A stretch of DNA of 63,745 nt, filler included, from Lenisia limosa (Eukaryota > Protista > Breviatea): NCBI GenBank assembly GCA_001655205.1. It is 6 parts of 6 records of this genome, joined end to end, with 100 filler letters (N's around TTAATTAATTAA, not from the genome) between each part and the next. Parts side by side here need not be neighbours in the genome. Positions count along the whole stretch, not along the records: positions 19,986 to 35,389 come from LPNZ01001178.1; positions 35,490 to 44,243 come from LPNZ01009866.1; 4 more parts are not named here. One strand, given 5' to 3'. A program made the position numbers and the translations under genes. This document shows, in pieces, positions 26,374 through 38,600 of this stretch. The notes below the pieces were generated by a model. The model worked only from the letters and a program-made list of their open reading frames with translations, did no database searches and had not been told where the DNA came from. Each line of letters opens with the position of its first letter. Position 1 is the first letter of the stretch.

Positions 26374-27541
26374 GGTTGATACATCAAAAGCCTGAAATGT
26401 AGGTAGAAAACTACGTAGCTATCCCCAGAAGCTCCCTCCTGCGTTCCGAGTATGTCTAAAAACTCCATATTATTATTACTATTATAATAATATCCATTTG
26501 CTGTTGAATCGGGAATTGGCCAGCATTCATTTTTTTATTGAATTGATCATATGGCTTTTAGTATGCTTGATGTTGAATGCACTATAAATGAATGTTATTA
26601 TTTGACAAAATGCTGACCTGAACCAAAGGTATGGCCACAGACGATGCCAAGATCGTGGGGAGCATTCTGGTGTTCCTTGCTCTTGCCCTACTGTTTGTCT
26701 ACCTCTTCCTGGAGAAGAAATACGAAAGCTTTGAACGAGATCAGTTGCGAAGTGATGAAGGTGTGCTATATTATTAAGGAGGCTGAATGGAAGGTTATTG
26801 TTTTGGTGATTACAGGAGCAATGATTTAGTTGTGGAATGATGCTTATCAGATATTCTTTAGGCAATGGCTTTTTGGGGACGTAGAGGCATGTATGAATGC
26901 TCTTTCCTATGAATCAGCCAGAAGAGGATATTTTATCATATCCTGGATTTCAGCAAAATCAAAGAAAAATAGTTTTACACCAAGATAATACAACATACGT
27001 AGTAGCTAGTTTTGATAGTCCGAATAAGTATGATGATAGTGGAGTCCGGTAGAACCGTTTGTGTTATAACCCTTCAGAGCCTTCTCCAGCCCCAGCAGCG
27101 GCTCCTCCGCCGATAGATACCAACATTCCTGGAACTCCTATTGTGTATGCTTGGGGGAAGAATCCCTTAAAAACTAAATGTTGTGAGTGGTTCACTTCTC
27201 TTTTTTTTTGTCTACTGGCCTTGGGTACAGAATTAACAAGAAGAAAGGTTGTACTGTGACATTGCAAAGCTCTTTGAATTCATAATGCTGAGTATAAACC
27301 AGATTTATGAAGCATTGTGCATTCTATATTCGGACATTTTTTATTATTTCATTTTATTTTTGAGTGAATGATCGCTGGGATCCTACTGATATTAGGACCG
27401 TCCGATTATAATATGCTCTAGATCACCAGCCACTTCGGACAGTCGAACCCCCCATGAAATAGCCAAGAGTTTATCGGGGCTCAAGGGAAGCTCCATTATG
27501 CATCCACCTCTTCCGCCACACATAGAGGCTGAAATGGTGTG
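26374..27541 (+). CDS. Small putative single-pass membrane protein
   Basis: Exon MATDDAKIVGSILVFLALALLFVYLFLEKKYESFERDQLRSDE (26631-26760) and Pro-rich exon EPSPAPAAAPPPIDTNIPGTPIVYAWGKN; start and end uncertain. Confidence 0.4.
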
Positions 27542-28267
27542 ACCCAAACCAGAACATCACTTTATATTTAAAATTTGTCACTTTGGGGGNNNNNNNNNNN
27601 NNNNNNNNNNNNNNNNNNNNNNNNNNNNNNNNNNNNNNNNNNNNNNNNNNNNNNNNNNNNNNNNNNNNNNNNNNNNNNNNNNNNNNNNNNNNNNNNNNNN
27701 NNNNNNNNNNNNNNNNNNNNNNNNNNNNNNNNNNNNNNNNNNNNNNNNNNNNNNNNNNNNNNNNNNNNNNNNNNNNNNNNNNNNNNNNNNNNNNNNNNNN
27801 NNNNNNNNNNNNNNNNNNNNNNNNNNNNNNNNNNNNNNNNNNNNNNNNNNNNNNNNGACAGATAAAATATCACAATTGATAGATTATTATGATATTGTAT
27901 CATATACTATTGTAAAAAGAATACCTCTTTTTGCACAATATTTTGCCATTTGATTCCACAGGCCCAAAACCCCTACCCTCGCTTGTAAAGTAAATGTATT
28001 CTTGTATTTTTATGGTGTATGTCTAGTAGGATTAGAAGCAATGTACCTTTTTGAAACTGTAAATATAAAGTACATGCTACACTAGACCTCATTAAAACAC
28101 AATTAACTTAAAACAAGAAACTCGAACCGCTACCTAAAAACAGACTTTTGTAATCTGTTTTGTGATAAACTCTATAAGGTTAAAATTGACTATAACAGTG
28201 AGGAATTTGAGAAATGAGCATGTGTGTAAATTACATGCAGTAATATGGAATATCATATGAATAATAT

Positions 28268-31200
28268 CTAAAAGTGGCTCTTCCAAAGAAAGTCCAAATC
28301 GCAAAAATAATGTGATAGAACTGATAACGCTCCTTTTCTATAAAAGCCCAAAAGAAATAACACCTTCATCCACCTTTTGTTGTGAGATCTGGGGCTGGAA
28401 AGGGATTGGGTGGAGAGCATGGTGCGGCTACAGAATGAACCACCAAAAGAGTCTGTTTCAACAAAGACCAAGACTCACCGATGAATGTACTGGTAAGTTG
28501 AGTGATGAGTACTTTTCCGTGATATCCGGATGGAGAGGGGGGCGTTGCTCGTTCTGTTATGTCATCATATTCCAATGTCTAATTATTTTGGTGGAAAATA
28601 TGAATGCAATTCTTCATATTTATTCCCCTTACAGAAGGTGGGGCAGTGGGATGAAGAGGAAGCCTCATTGGCACTGGTGTTGACTGAGGATGCGTGAAAG
28701 GAAGCTGCTGCTGGTACGGGTTTGGCATTTGGGGAATGGGAATGGTGGGGTTCTTGAATAATGTGGACTGGGTCTGAGAAGGTTAAGAGAGCGAAGGTGA
28801 CCTGAAGGGGGAAGGAAGGTTGCTTCAGAAATTACTTAGGTGTATGTAACCCTTTTCAAGATGGTAGCGTTACCACACAGGGCGTACCAGATTAGCTGTC
28901 TGCGGGTGTACGACAGGGTAATGGTTGGGACCAGGCTGTGGAAGGCTTGGAACTGGCTGCGAGGCAATATGTTGAGCGTTTTGGGCGGGAATAATGGCGG
29001 GCGGGTACTTGNNNNNNNNNNNNNNNNNNNNNNNNNNNNNNNNNNNNNNNNNNNNNNNNNNNNNNNNNNNNNNNNNNNNNNNNNNNNNNNNNNNNNNNNN
29101 NNNNNNNNNNNNNNNNNNNNNNNNNNNNNNNNNNNNNNNNNNNNNNNNNNNNNNNNNNNNNNNNNNNNNNNNNNNNNNNNNNNNNNNNNNNNNNNNNNNN
29201 NNNNNNNAAAGATAGTGACAAAAATAGGAACAAAACATGAAGATAGTGACAAAAATAGGAACAAAACATGAAGATAGTGACAGAAATAGGAACAAAACTT
29301 GAAGATAGTGACAGAAATAGGAACAAAACATGAAGATAGTGACAGAAACAGGAACAAAACATGAAGATAGTGTCTGAAATAGAGGTCTTCAAAAATTCAG
29401 TGTCCGTAACTTTTGCACAGGTTTCCATCCAACCATTGGGGGATTGGGAGTAGCGAGGTATTTCGACCAAAGAGCTTGGGGCGGCTCTCGGGTGACGGGA
29501 CTGACAAAGTGAACACAAGCCAAAGACTACAAAAGACGATGTGGGAATTCTAAGCCCAGAGCTTAAAGCCTACATTTCTACATTGGCGTTGAGAGCCTTA
29601 CGCGCTGCGTGCAGCTCCAGTTCCATTGTTTCCCTCATTGAGTTCAACTCCCGGGCCGCAGCCTCCTTACCCTGCTCAATAAGAAGGGTTTATTCATTCG
29701 TTTATGCAGTCTGAAACATCTCTGGACAAATAATTTATCGAGAACACCCAGAAAAGCCTTTCAAGAAACCAAAAAAGGAGGAAGTGATGTCCCACATACG
29801 ACACTCCTACAATAGTAGAGGAGAGTATCCATGTATTTTTGAAAAAATAGTATCATAGTAGATCCTGCTCATCATATACCCCACAAACAGCCAGTTCCTG
29901 CTCAAGCTTTCGGACTTCGATTTCCATTTCCGCCTTCCTCTCCTGAATTGTTAAGAAGATGAAAACTATGTGGCACAGCGGGGGTTGCGCACTCAATTAA
30001 GATAGAAATATAAAACGCAAAACTAAACCAAATGCCACAAAACACAGCTTCAACCCAATAACAAAGGCCACCTAACCTGCAAGGTGTGCTGACTGGCTGC
30101 GGTTTCCTTTTGTAACTTCTCCTCCAGCTCAGCCTTTTGTTTAGACAGCGAGTCCCTTAGTTGTCTATCCTGATCGAGTAAGGGACGGAATTGCAATTGT
30201 CTATCCTGGATCAAATGAGAGAGTTCAACTGCCTGAGACTGTGGTTAATAAACACAAACCAAAATCAAATTGTGTAATAATAAAAGTTTAAGAATTTTGG
30301 ATCACTATAATCCTGAAGTCCCTGACATTTTGTTACAAAAGTACCGCCTTTTCCATCAAATGCGGATTGGTTATTTTAACAAGATTCCCCCACCTCCTGA
30401 AGTAAAAACGTCATGGAGTCCACCTCCTTGTCCGCCTCGGCTCGGGCTACTTTCAACTCTGAAGATAGAGACTGCGTTATGAGACAAAGTGGTATAATCT
30501 CAAAGAAAACAGAGGAGGTGTAAGAGAAAACATGCTTCCAAACCTCTATGGCATCCTGCAACTCCTTCACTGTACGAGCTTCGTCCGCAAGAGAGCCCTA
30601 CATCATAAGTGCTCAAGTATCAGATTTTCCAAATGATGCGTTAATTGTTTATAGATAACAAGCTTTGTCAGGTTTATGTGAATGAAAACACTTAGATATG
30701 GATCATATGGAAGGACTATGCACACACCCTCAGAACCTTTTGGCTGAGTAAGTCTGACGTTAACTTATCACGTGCGTGCGCGACTTGAAGCTTTAGCGCC
30801 TCATTTACCTCCACCAGTTTGTCGCAAGCTTGGCTTTCGGCCATGATGTCGGCACGGGTTGCTGCAAGGGTCCTCTCCAGCTCCTCACGCCGGGTTTGTC
30901 GACCTTCCTATTATGGTAAGTGCACATACTGAGCTTAACCAAATATTTTATTCAAAATTTGTTGAGTTTAAATAACTGCAGGCAAATATTTGGTAAATTT
31001 AAGCCAGAAAAGCAGACTTGGATCTTTTTTGTTTCCTCCTCCATCTGAGTTTTTATTTGATTAGCCTGTTTAAATTGCGAGTCTGCTGAGCTTTGTGCTG
31101 TTTCAACCTATGTTGTCAGTTCATTGAAAAAATGGAATCACAATTTGAAACACAATAGGGAAAATAGATGAGAGATAGGAGTCTTTTAGAACAGCTAAAC

Positions 31201-34200
31201 CTTCAGTTCCATTCCATTCCCGCTTGAAAATGGAATTGGTGAGAAAACAACCTTTGGAAACAAAGAAATCATTCTCAAACTAGTATAACTACTCTCTCCA
31301 AGGTTAAACACGATGTTAAAGTATAAGCACTGCATTGAAATGATGCAGCAGAAAATGTGAAGATAGAAATGACCAGCCAGAAATACTGGAGGCTCCCACC
31401 TTAGAGGACAGCGCCGTGACTTCGGCTTGTAGTTGGGCTTTTCGGTCTTCAGCTGCTGAGAGTTCTGAAACATCAAGTTAAGGTGAAAACGACATTTCAA
31501 CATAGTCTCAATATTATTCTGTTTTTGGAAGCCAAATAGAGGCATAGCATGATATAAAAGCCACACAAAGAGCACTGCATTCTACTATTTATTGTTAATT
31601 GAAGGATAATTATTCAGTATTTGTTAGCCTTTCCCCACTCTCACTCAAGGTGACCGGAAAGCCAACCTTTGAGCTCATTCTCAAGCTCTTTCCTCAAAGC
31701 AGCCAACTCCTTGTCAGTAGTGTCCCGAACAGATTCCACCTAAATTGTTATTACAGGATAAATAGATTCAAGAAGAGTAACATTTCTTATTTTAAAAATA
31801 AAAGGTTCTATTTAACGATTATCTTTTCCGTTGGGATTCCGCACCCCTTACAGACCTGTTTAGCCAAGTCTCGAGAAACTGTTTCTAAGCTGTCCCTCTG
31901 GGTTGGTCAGACTTGGAAAATCCGTATATACAAGAGGCTAAAATCAGGTATTTACATTGACACAAAAACCAAGACCTATCCTTACGATATAAAAAAGACT
32001 GTAATGTGCATCTCTGAACATACCAGCCGCGATTCGTTCTGTATAGCTCGATGTGACTCGTAGAGGCTTTGTTGGAACCACGATTTCTGCAGAGCGTTAA
32101 ATGTCGAATTTGATTTTAATATCAAGAACATTTAGTATGTCAATAATGTATTGGGATATTTACAGACAACGGTTATTAATACCCCCCTACCGCGGCTTGA
32201 ATTTCGGTTGTCATTGAGTCTCTTTTTTGCTCCAGTTCCTGAATCTCTCTCCGTTGATCATCAACCTGTCTGGATCACACAAGGACTCATGGAATGTAGT
32301 TGGTAATGTGGTATTTGTAGCTAATCAGATGTTAAAGTGAACCATCATTCCCTCCAATGTACAAAGCTATGCGTAAACTCAAGATACTTTTTGCTTCACA
32401 AAATATATGAACTATGCCCTGCAAACGTTCCTCAGCGCCTGTTCGTGCTCTTTGTGGATAAGTCCACGGTTCACTTCGGCTTCAGACTGAGACGGTTACA
32501 GGCCAAAATATCCGCATGAAGGACCAATAATAACCCATTAGCTTGGAATTGAATTCCCACTTCTAATCTGGTGATCTTGGCTTGGATTTCATTTCTGGCC
32601 TCAGCTTCCTGTCGTGTTTTGTTCTGGAGATCTTTCAGTTCGTTCTCGAGTGCTAATCGACTTGATTCAGTGGACTCCCTGAAATAGTTAACATCGTGCT
32701 GCACAGTGTCATATCACAAGGTCACAGGGTTTCAACATGGTGTTAAAAAGACCGACTTTATCATTAGAACACGGACAAAAAGCCCACAGTTTTGACTTTT
32801 CGGCCTGGTATCTTGTTTCGGCCCTTGCGGTCATATCACGCAAAGTGGATTCACTCCTCACAACCTCGGCTTGAAGTTTGGCGGACTGTCGTTCCGCTGT
32901 GTCGCGAGCCTGTTTAAATAAAATATAAATTGAGCATCCCTACGGTCCCAAAAAAGACCGAATATCTCGTGAAAATACTTAAATATTATGTGGAGAGGGT
33001 AGTCGTAATATATCTTTTCCAGCACAAGAGCTGCTGAAACAAGCCCAACTCAAAACATTGGATAGCTTGCCAATGACAAAATGGACCACCACGCTAGAAC
33101 AAATAGTCAGAATCCCACCTGCTTCTCAGCCATCAGCCTCTTATTTGCCTCATCAAGCTCGGAACGCTTCTGCTGCAGCTCTTCAGTTGCTTTGGAAAGA
33201 CATTCGCGCGCGTGGTCTGCCCGCGGTCCCCTTTAATATCGTCAATTTGAGACAATCAATAAAAGTGACCTTCTTATTGTATATAGTATATCCCATTATT
33301 GTATCTTTCTATGCAAAAAGAGAAACCACGCAAACCAGTACTGGTCCTGACTATGAAGCTGTTGTTGAAGGGCTGTGCTCTTCAAAGTAAAAAGAGTAAC
33401 GATTAAATTAAAAGCAACAAAGAATTATGTTGTTGATTGATTCTATCCAATTACCTCCGAGTAGAGCATTCCATCGGTCATGTTCCTGGAGAAAGTTAAA
33501 AACTACCATCGAGAAATAAGTGCAAAAAGGGTAACAGCAATGCATGTAAGCCCATCAGGTTTTCAAGCCAAATTACGATTACCTTTTGTTCCAATTGAGA
33601 AAATTGTGTATTGCCACAGCTCACCCTGCATACTCCCTTCCAGTTGTGATGTTATTGAGAACTTCTTGATTACGCTGGAGTTCAGACTCAATTTCAGTCC
33701 TCTTAGGCTGACTAATAGCATTAAAACTACCAGCTACATTTATTATTTTGCAGTATAACATATCATACTGCTATATACCATTATTACATGTACTACTTCG
33801 ATAAAGGTAAAAGCTTGAAGTGAATTCAACACAAAGTAACAGCATCAGCATTTGTAAAAATAATCATCATGTCCGTTTGGATTAGATTGTTAGCCATCTT
33901 TAAAACACTTAACGTTACATGATATGAAATAGTATAATATGATGAGAAATCGTTGAACACTTAATGGAAGCGAAAGCAAAGTTAGAATATATATACCGTG
34001 ATACCCAAGAGATTCTTCCGAAAAAAAACATCAACATTTGCCCAGAATAGAAAGTTGTCCATACATTTTAGTCTCCCCAAACTATATAAAATACCATGAT
34101 CAAAAAAATAAATAAACTATTATGAAATGGGCATTTTCCCCCAACTGCAACGGCTGGCGAGTGTCCCATCCAGAGGCCTCAGAAAACGTTGGTACGTTCT

Positions 34201-34563
34201 ACAGTGTTACTCAAAGGACCAGGGTTATTTTGCTACTACGAAAGCGTTTCTCATGACATACCCGCATTGGTTCGGGAGGAGCTTTGTCAAATCCAAGAGT
34301 TTGTTTCTGTGTGTTAGACAGGATACCAATTACACTTATGACAGAATTACAGCTCCCACAAACTGTTGTTGACAAAAAATCATCATGAGTACCGCCTCCC
34401 ATAGTCAAGGGATTCTACGTAGTAACATGGCTTTCCAGTCAACCTGTACAACATTATGTCATAAACCCACCTGCTGAAGAATGTTTAACGTGTCATTCAA
34501 TGTGCTTGTCTTGCCGCTTGGAGGCTCATTCAAAATGGCAAGAGAACGGCCGAGAGGGTCCAT
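28268..34563 (-). CDS. Long coiled-coil protein with a Pro/Gln-rich C-terminus
   Basis: Start MDPLGRSLAILNEPPSGK (ATG 34563). Many heptad exons (ESSRLALENELKDLQNKTRQEAEARNEIQAKITRLE; RREELERTLAATRADIMAE). Tail PTIPIPQMPNPYQQQLPFTHPQ. The 3' end is approximate. Confidence 0.68.
29208..29382. repeat. 31-bp minisatellite, at least 5.5 copies, running into a gap
   Basis: GATAGTGACARAAATAGGAACAAAACATGAA head to tail, with no spacers. Confidence 0.95.
32931..32975 (+). mobile_element. MITE family A, left half only, CCCTAC type
   Basis: TCCCTACGGTCCCAAAAAAGACCGAATATCTCG. Confidence 0.7.
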
Positions 34564-35304
34564 TTGCTTGCCGGAAAACGAGACAGAGCCGCAACACCTG
34601 ATTGTAAGATGAACAAACCGTTGGATCGTTTGCCTACTTCGGAAGCTTATCGATAAATTGGGGAACTGGGATAAATTATGATGATGTGTATATAATTTAT
34701 GTGTTTACATGGAAGAGGAGGAGGGAGGACTGCCTGGACTGCTAAAAAGCTGAGTGATCCTTAGATCTTGTGCTTATAACCAAAAAAATTGATTTATTTG
34801 CCCTTTTTGATTAATTGCTAAAAGTCTGTTACTATGTCCTCTACTGATAAGTTAAAGGTAAGGGGAAAATGTTGAGACTTTAGTTTCCTTTTGGTCATAC
34901 ACCATGTTTGTGAACGATATTCCCTATTGCTGCTTTGTCCCTTTCCCTCAAAGAGTCTAATTAAATCTGAAATAAGCCATGAGTGCCGCATCTCTTTTCT
35001 TTTTACGTTTATTAACCCTCTTTAGGCCCAGATCTTTCCACATATCTTTTTTTTCTCTTTTGTAAAGTGACATTTAATTGGTTTGGAATAATGGAATAAC
35101 TTAACCTTCGTTTCAAACGGGCTAGTTGTTGTATTAAATATTATATTACTTTTCGTGCTACTACATGAATGATTGAGTGAATTAATTAAGATGATGCTAC
35201 TATCTTCTTTTTTTATGGTTATGGTGTGGTTTGCTTCCGTCAGAGACTAACTTGTTTGATTTCACCTTTCCACATATACCGCTAACACACTCCTGACCGC
35301 ACAG

Positions 35305-35367
35305 CGCCAAGCAGATGAGCAGATGAACCGTCTCCTCAGTCAGCTCCAGGACCTTGAGGAGCTTAAG
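35305..35367 (+). CDS. LZIC: Single exon of LZIC; remainder lost at the spacer
   Basis: RQADEQMNRLLSQLQDLEELK matches the LZIC N-terminal EEQLxRLxxQLxDLEE motif. The exon is flanked by CTAAC..CAG and GT. Only 21 aa are visible. Confidence 0.7.
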
Positions 35368-35389
35368 GTGGAAGGGGGGGGGGGGTAAA

Positions 35390-35489
35390 NNNNNNNNNNN
35401 NNNNNNNNNNNNNNNNNNNNNNNNNNNNNNNNNTTAATTAATTAANNNNNNNNNNNNNNNNNNNNNNNNNNNNNNNNNNNNNNNNNNNN
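35390..35489. other. Artificial contig spacer
   Basis: Same 44+12+44 layout. Confidence 0.95.
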
Positions 35490-35603
35490 GAGTCTGTGGG
35501 CTTTTTTGTTTGTTTGTTTTATTCATTTTCAATTTACGTTTTGTTGTTTTCAACCCATGTATTATCAGAAATAGATCATTCATTAACATCTTACCCCCCG
35601 CAG

Positions 35604-38600
35604 GGACTTTGAAGCCCCCTACGGCCGCGGCAGAGGACGAGGCAAGTTCCAACACGGGCGTGGACGTGGCGGCTTCCGAGGTCGTGGTCGCGGCAAATGG
35701 TACCCCCAGAGTAACGGGCCACCTGCCGACTTCCAGCGCTATGACCCTGGGGGGTATGATGGCCAATATGATGCGAACGACGAAGGCTATGGTAATGATG
35801 ACCAGTTACTGATTACCACCACGCAGAACTTCCTGCCTGGGCCGGATCTTGGGGTGGATGAACCCGACTCGGATTATGCCCCTCCCATGGTGTATAATGA
35901 GCCCCTTCCGCCGCCACCACAGCAGAACTTCAGCTCAATCGCGTCCCGCATGAGCCGTGATAAATTCGCTGATTACCCCCTTCCCATGGAGATGACAACT
36001 CGATCGCTTCGAGTAGACGGTAACTTTGCGCCTCCCGGCCTGGACTTTAGCCCTCCTTCAGTGGACGCTCCACGGGATATGGGAGGCGACAATGTACATC
36101 CTGAACGCTGGCAACGCGACCTTGGTTTCCGACATGACCCCCGTGACCCCGAACCCTTGAAAGATATTGGTAGGTATACAGAAGTGGATGCTCCAAGAAG
36201 TCGAGTTTTGGATGAAGATTACAGGCAAAGGGAGGAAGAGTACAGAAGGAAGAAGGAAGAAGATGGTTATGGAAGAAGGGAGGAGGAGTTTGGAAGGAAG
36301 CAGGATAGTGAGTATGAAATGAAGAAGACAGAAGAGTTGAGAAGAGGAGAAGATTCCTATGCAAGAAGGGAAGAGAAGTATTCTATAAGAGAAGAAGAGA
36401 AGTATGGAAGAAGAGAAGATGACAAGTACGAACGAAGAGAAGAAGAGACATATCGAAGAAGAGAAGAAGAGAAGTATGGAAATAGAGAAGAAGATTATGA
36501 AAGGAAGGAAGAAGAAGAGTATAGAACCCGAAGAGAAGAAAGAAGGAAAGAGGAAATGTACAGAAAGGAAAGTGGCTACGATAGGAAGGATAGCAGCTAT
36601 CCCAGGAAGGACGAAGATTTCGATCGCAGACGGAGTGACAGTTTTGACAGGAGGCTAGGCAGCGGTTTTGACTCGAGAAGAAGGGATAACTACGACTACC
36701 GAAATGAACCCCTTAGAACACTAAGAGCCAAGGAGTACGACCCTTCCTATCCAACAAAAGAGCCCGGATCAGACTTCTACGCGCCAAAACAGGAATATCG
36801 GAGCTTTAGCCGCAGAACGTCAATGGACCCCTTGTATGAATCTAAAGAAGACTATATGCAGAAGATTGAGAGCAGAAGGGAGCGTTTCGACCGTGGAAAT
36901 CGCGAGCCGATTGTCAAACTTGTCCAGAGTGCGGAGGAAGTTGAACGCCTCGCGAAGCAGCGCGAACTATCAGCCAAGCTTTTCACCAACTCTCCGAAGC
37001 TGGTTCTACTGTCTCCAAGCCCCCACGATGTCGCTATCCGAGCCCCAGATACCCGGGCCCCGCCCCNNNNNNNNNNNNNNNNNNNNNNNNNNNNNNNNNN
37101 NNNNNNNNNNNNNNNNNNNNNNNNNNNTCAACTCAGCCGACGGAAGCAACCACTTCCGAGTCAGCATACAAAGCTCCTGAAATGACCACTTCCGTACCTG
37201 TGTTTCCAGCCGCCGCCACTGCAGCCCCTCAAGTACCAGCTCCGATCACAACAACTCCAACCCCGGCCACGGCCCCGCAGTCCTCAGCACCCACGCCCAC
37301 GCCACCGCCCATGCCGAAGATCACCACAGTCCCCGTCACGGACATGGACATTAACGTCAGCTACGAGGCGGATGACGACTACTACGATGACTATTACGGC
37401 GGCGAGGAGGAGTTTGACGGGTTTGCCGTAACATACACACCAGGNNNNNNNNNNNNNNNNNNNNNNNNNNNNNNNNNNNNNNNNNNNNNNNNNNNNNNNN
37501 NNNNNNNNNNNNNNNNNNNNNNNNNNNNNNNNNNNNNNNNNNNNNNNNNNNNGCACATGCTCTTCCCCGAACCCCTTTTGGCGACTCTACCCCCCATGGA
37601 AGACTTATATTCAACTGTGTCCCCTCGGACACTGATGATGAAAGAGTTGAGGAAATGCATGATTTGGAAATTGTTGATTACTCCGAGTTACCTTCGGCTA
37701 CCACTTTTGTTCCGACTGCTCCGAAGGAAAAGGTGTCCCGGTCCGAAACCCCGATTAATAAGCAAGTGACAATAGCGGCCGCCCCGATTAGGCAAGTCGA
37801 CCAGCAGACCAAAAGTGATCCCTCAGCTACAACAGACAAAAAAGACGTGCCCAGGAAAGAGGAGACCAAAGAACCCCAGAAGATGCCGAAATCAGGAAAA
37901 ATCATTTCCTTAGTTTCTTCCAACATGCCATCAAAATCTGCATCCAAAGTACAGCCAGTCAAGACTAATATTTCAAGGTTGGGGGAGGGGGTGACAGGTT
38001 TGATAGTAAATCATTTCTTTTTAAGATATTCATACATATCATATGATACAATATTATTCATTGGCCTTTATTTTTCATTTCCACAAAGTGTTCAAATAAT
38101 GATGTTCACTAACGGTGGTAAGTCTTGACGGATTTTTCTGCGATTCATGTCTACCATTGTTAGTATGGAAAAACTAGGCTCATAGTACCGTTTATATATA
38201 AAGATAAGAGTAAAACAAGGCTGCGTCTGACCAAAGCCGTCCCCACCATCACGCTTATAAGAGATATTGGATTATAGTATCATATCAATTAACCCAATCA
38301 GGCAAACACCCAATGACGAAGTGCTGCTGCAGAGCCTCCGAGCCAGATTGATCAAGGCCAAGAAGAAGTCATGCTCTGCTCCCGGCACGCCCCTGGGTGC
38401 CAACCCCTCGCCATCGTCGTCACCCTCGGCTTTGGTGGAGCCCCTGAAAATGTGGGGGGGGGGGGNNNNNNNNNNNNNNNNNNNNNNNNNNNNNNNNNNN
38501 NNNNNNNNNNNNNNNNNNNNNNNNNNNNNNNNNNNNNNNNNNNNNNNNNNNNNNNNNNNGATGTATGTTACTGGGGCTTCCCTACGGTCCTAATAAAGAC

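Noticed and set aside
27568-27903. Long ORFs made mostly of X (also 42943-43414, 16739-17380, 5845-6278)
   Set aside because: They are open only because N-runs contain no stops.
29208-29382. 31-bp repeat as a CRISPR array, and ORFs 28836-29518 as proteins
   Set aside because: The units are head to tail with no unique spacers and no cas genes, in a eukaryotic intron. The ORFs are repeat- and gap-derived.
17895-35367. IFT54, the LEKR1-like gene and other coiled-coil genes as a ciliary gene cluster
   Set aside because: An artificial spacer at 19886-19985 separates IFT54 from the rest, so that adjacency is not biological; a ciliary role for the other genes is unproven.
37067-37127. N-runs as masked sequence of exact length hiding arrays
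   Set aside because: The reading frame changes across this 61-nt run inside a clear exon, so lengths are estimates. They are assembly gaps, often at G/C homopolymers.
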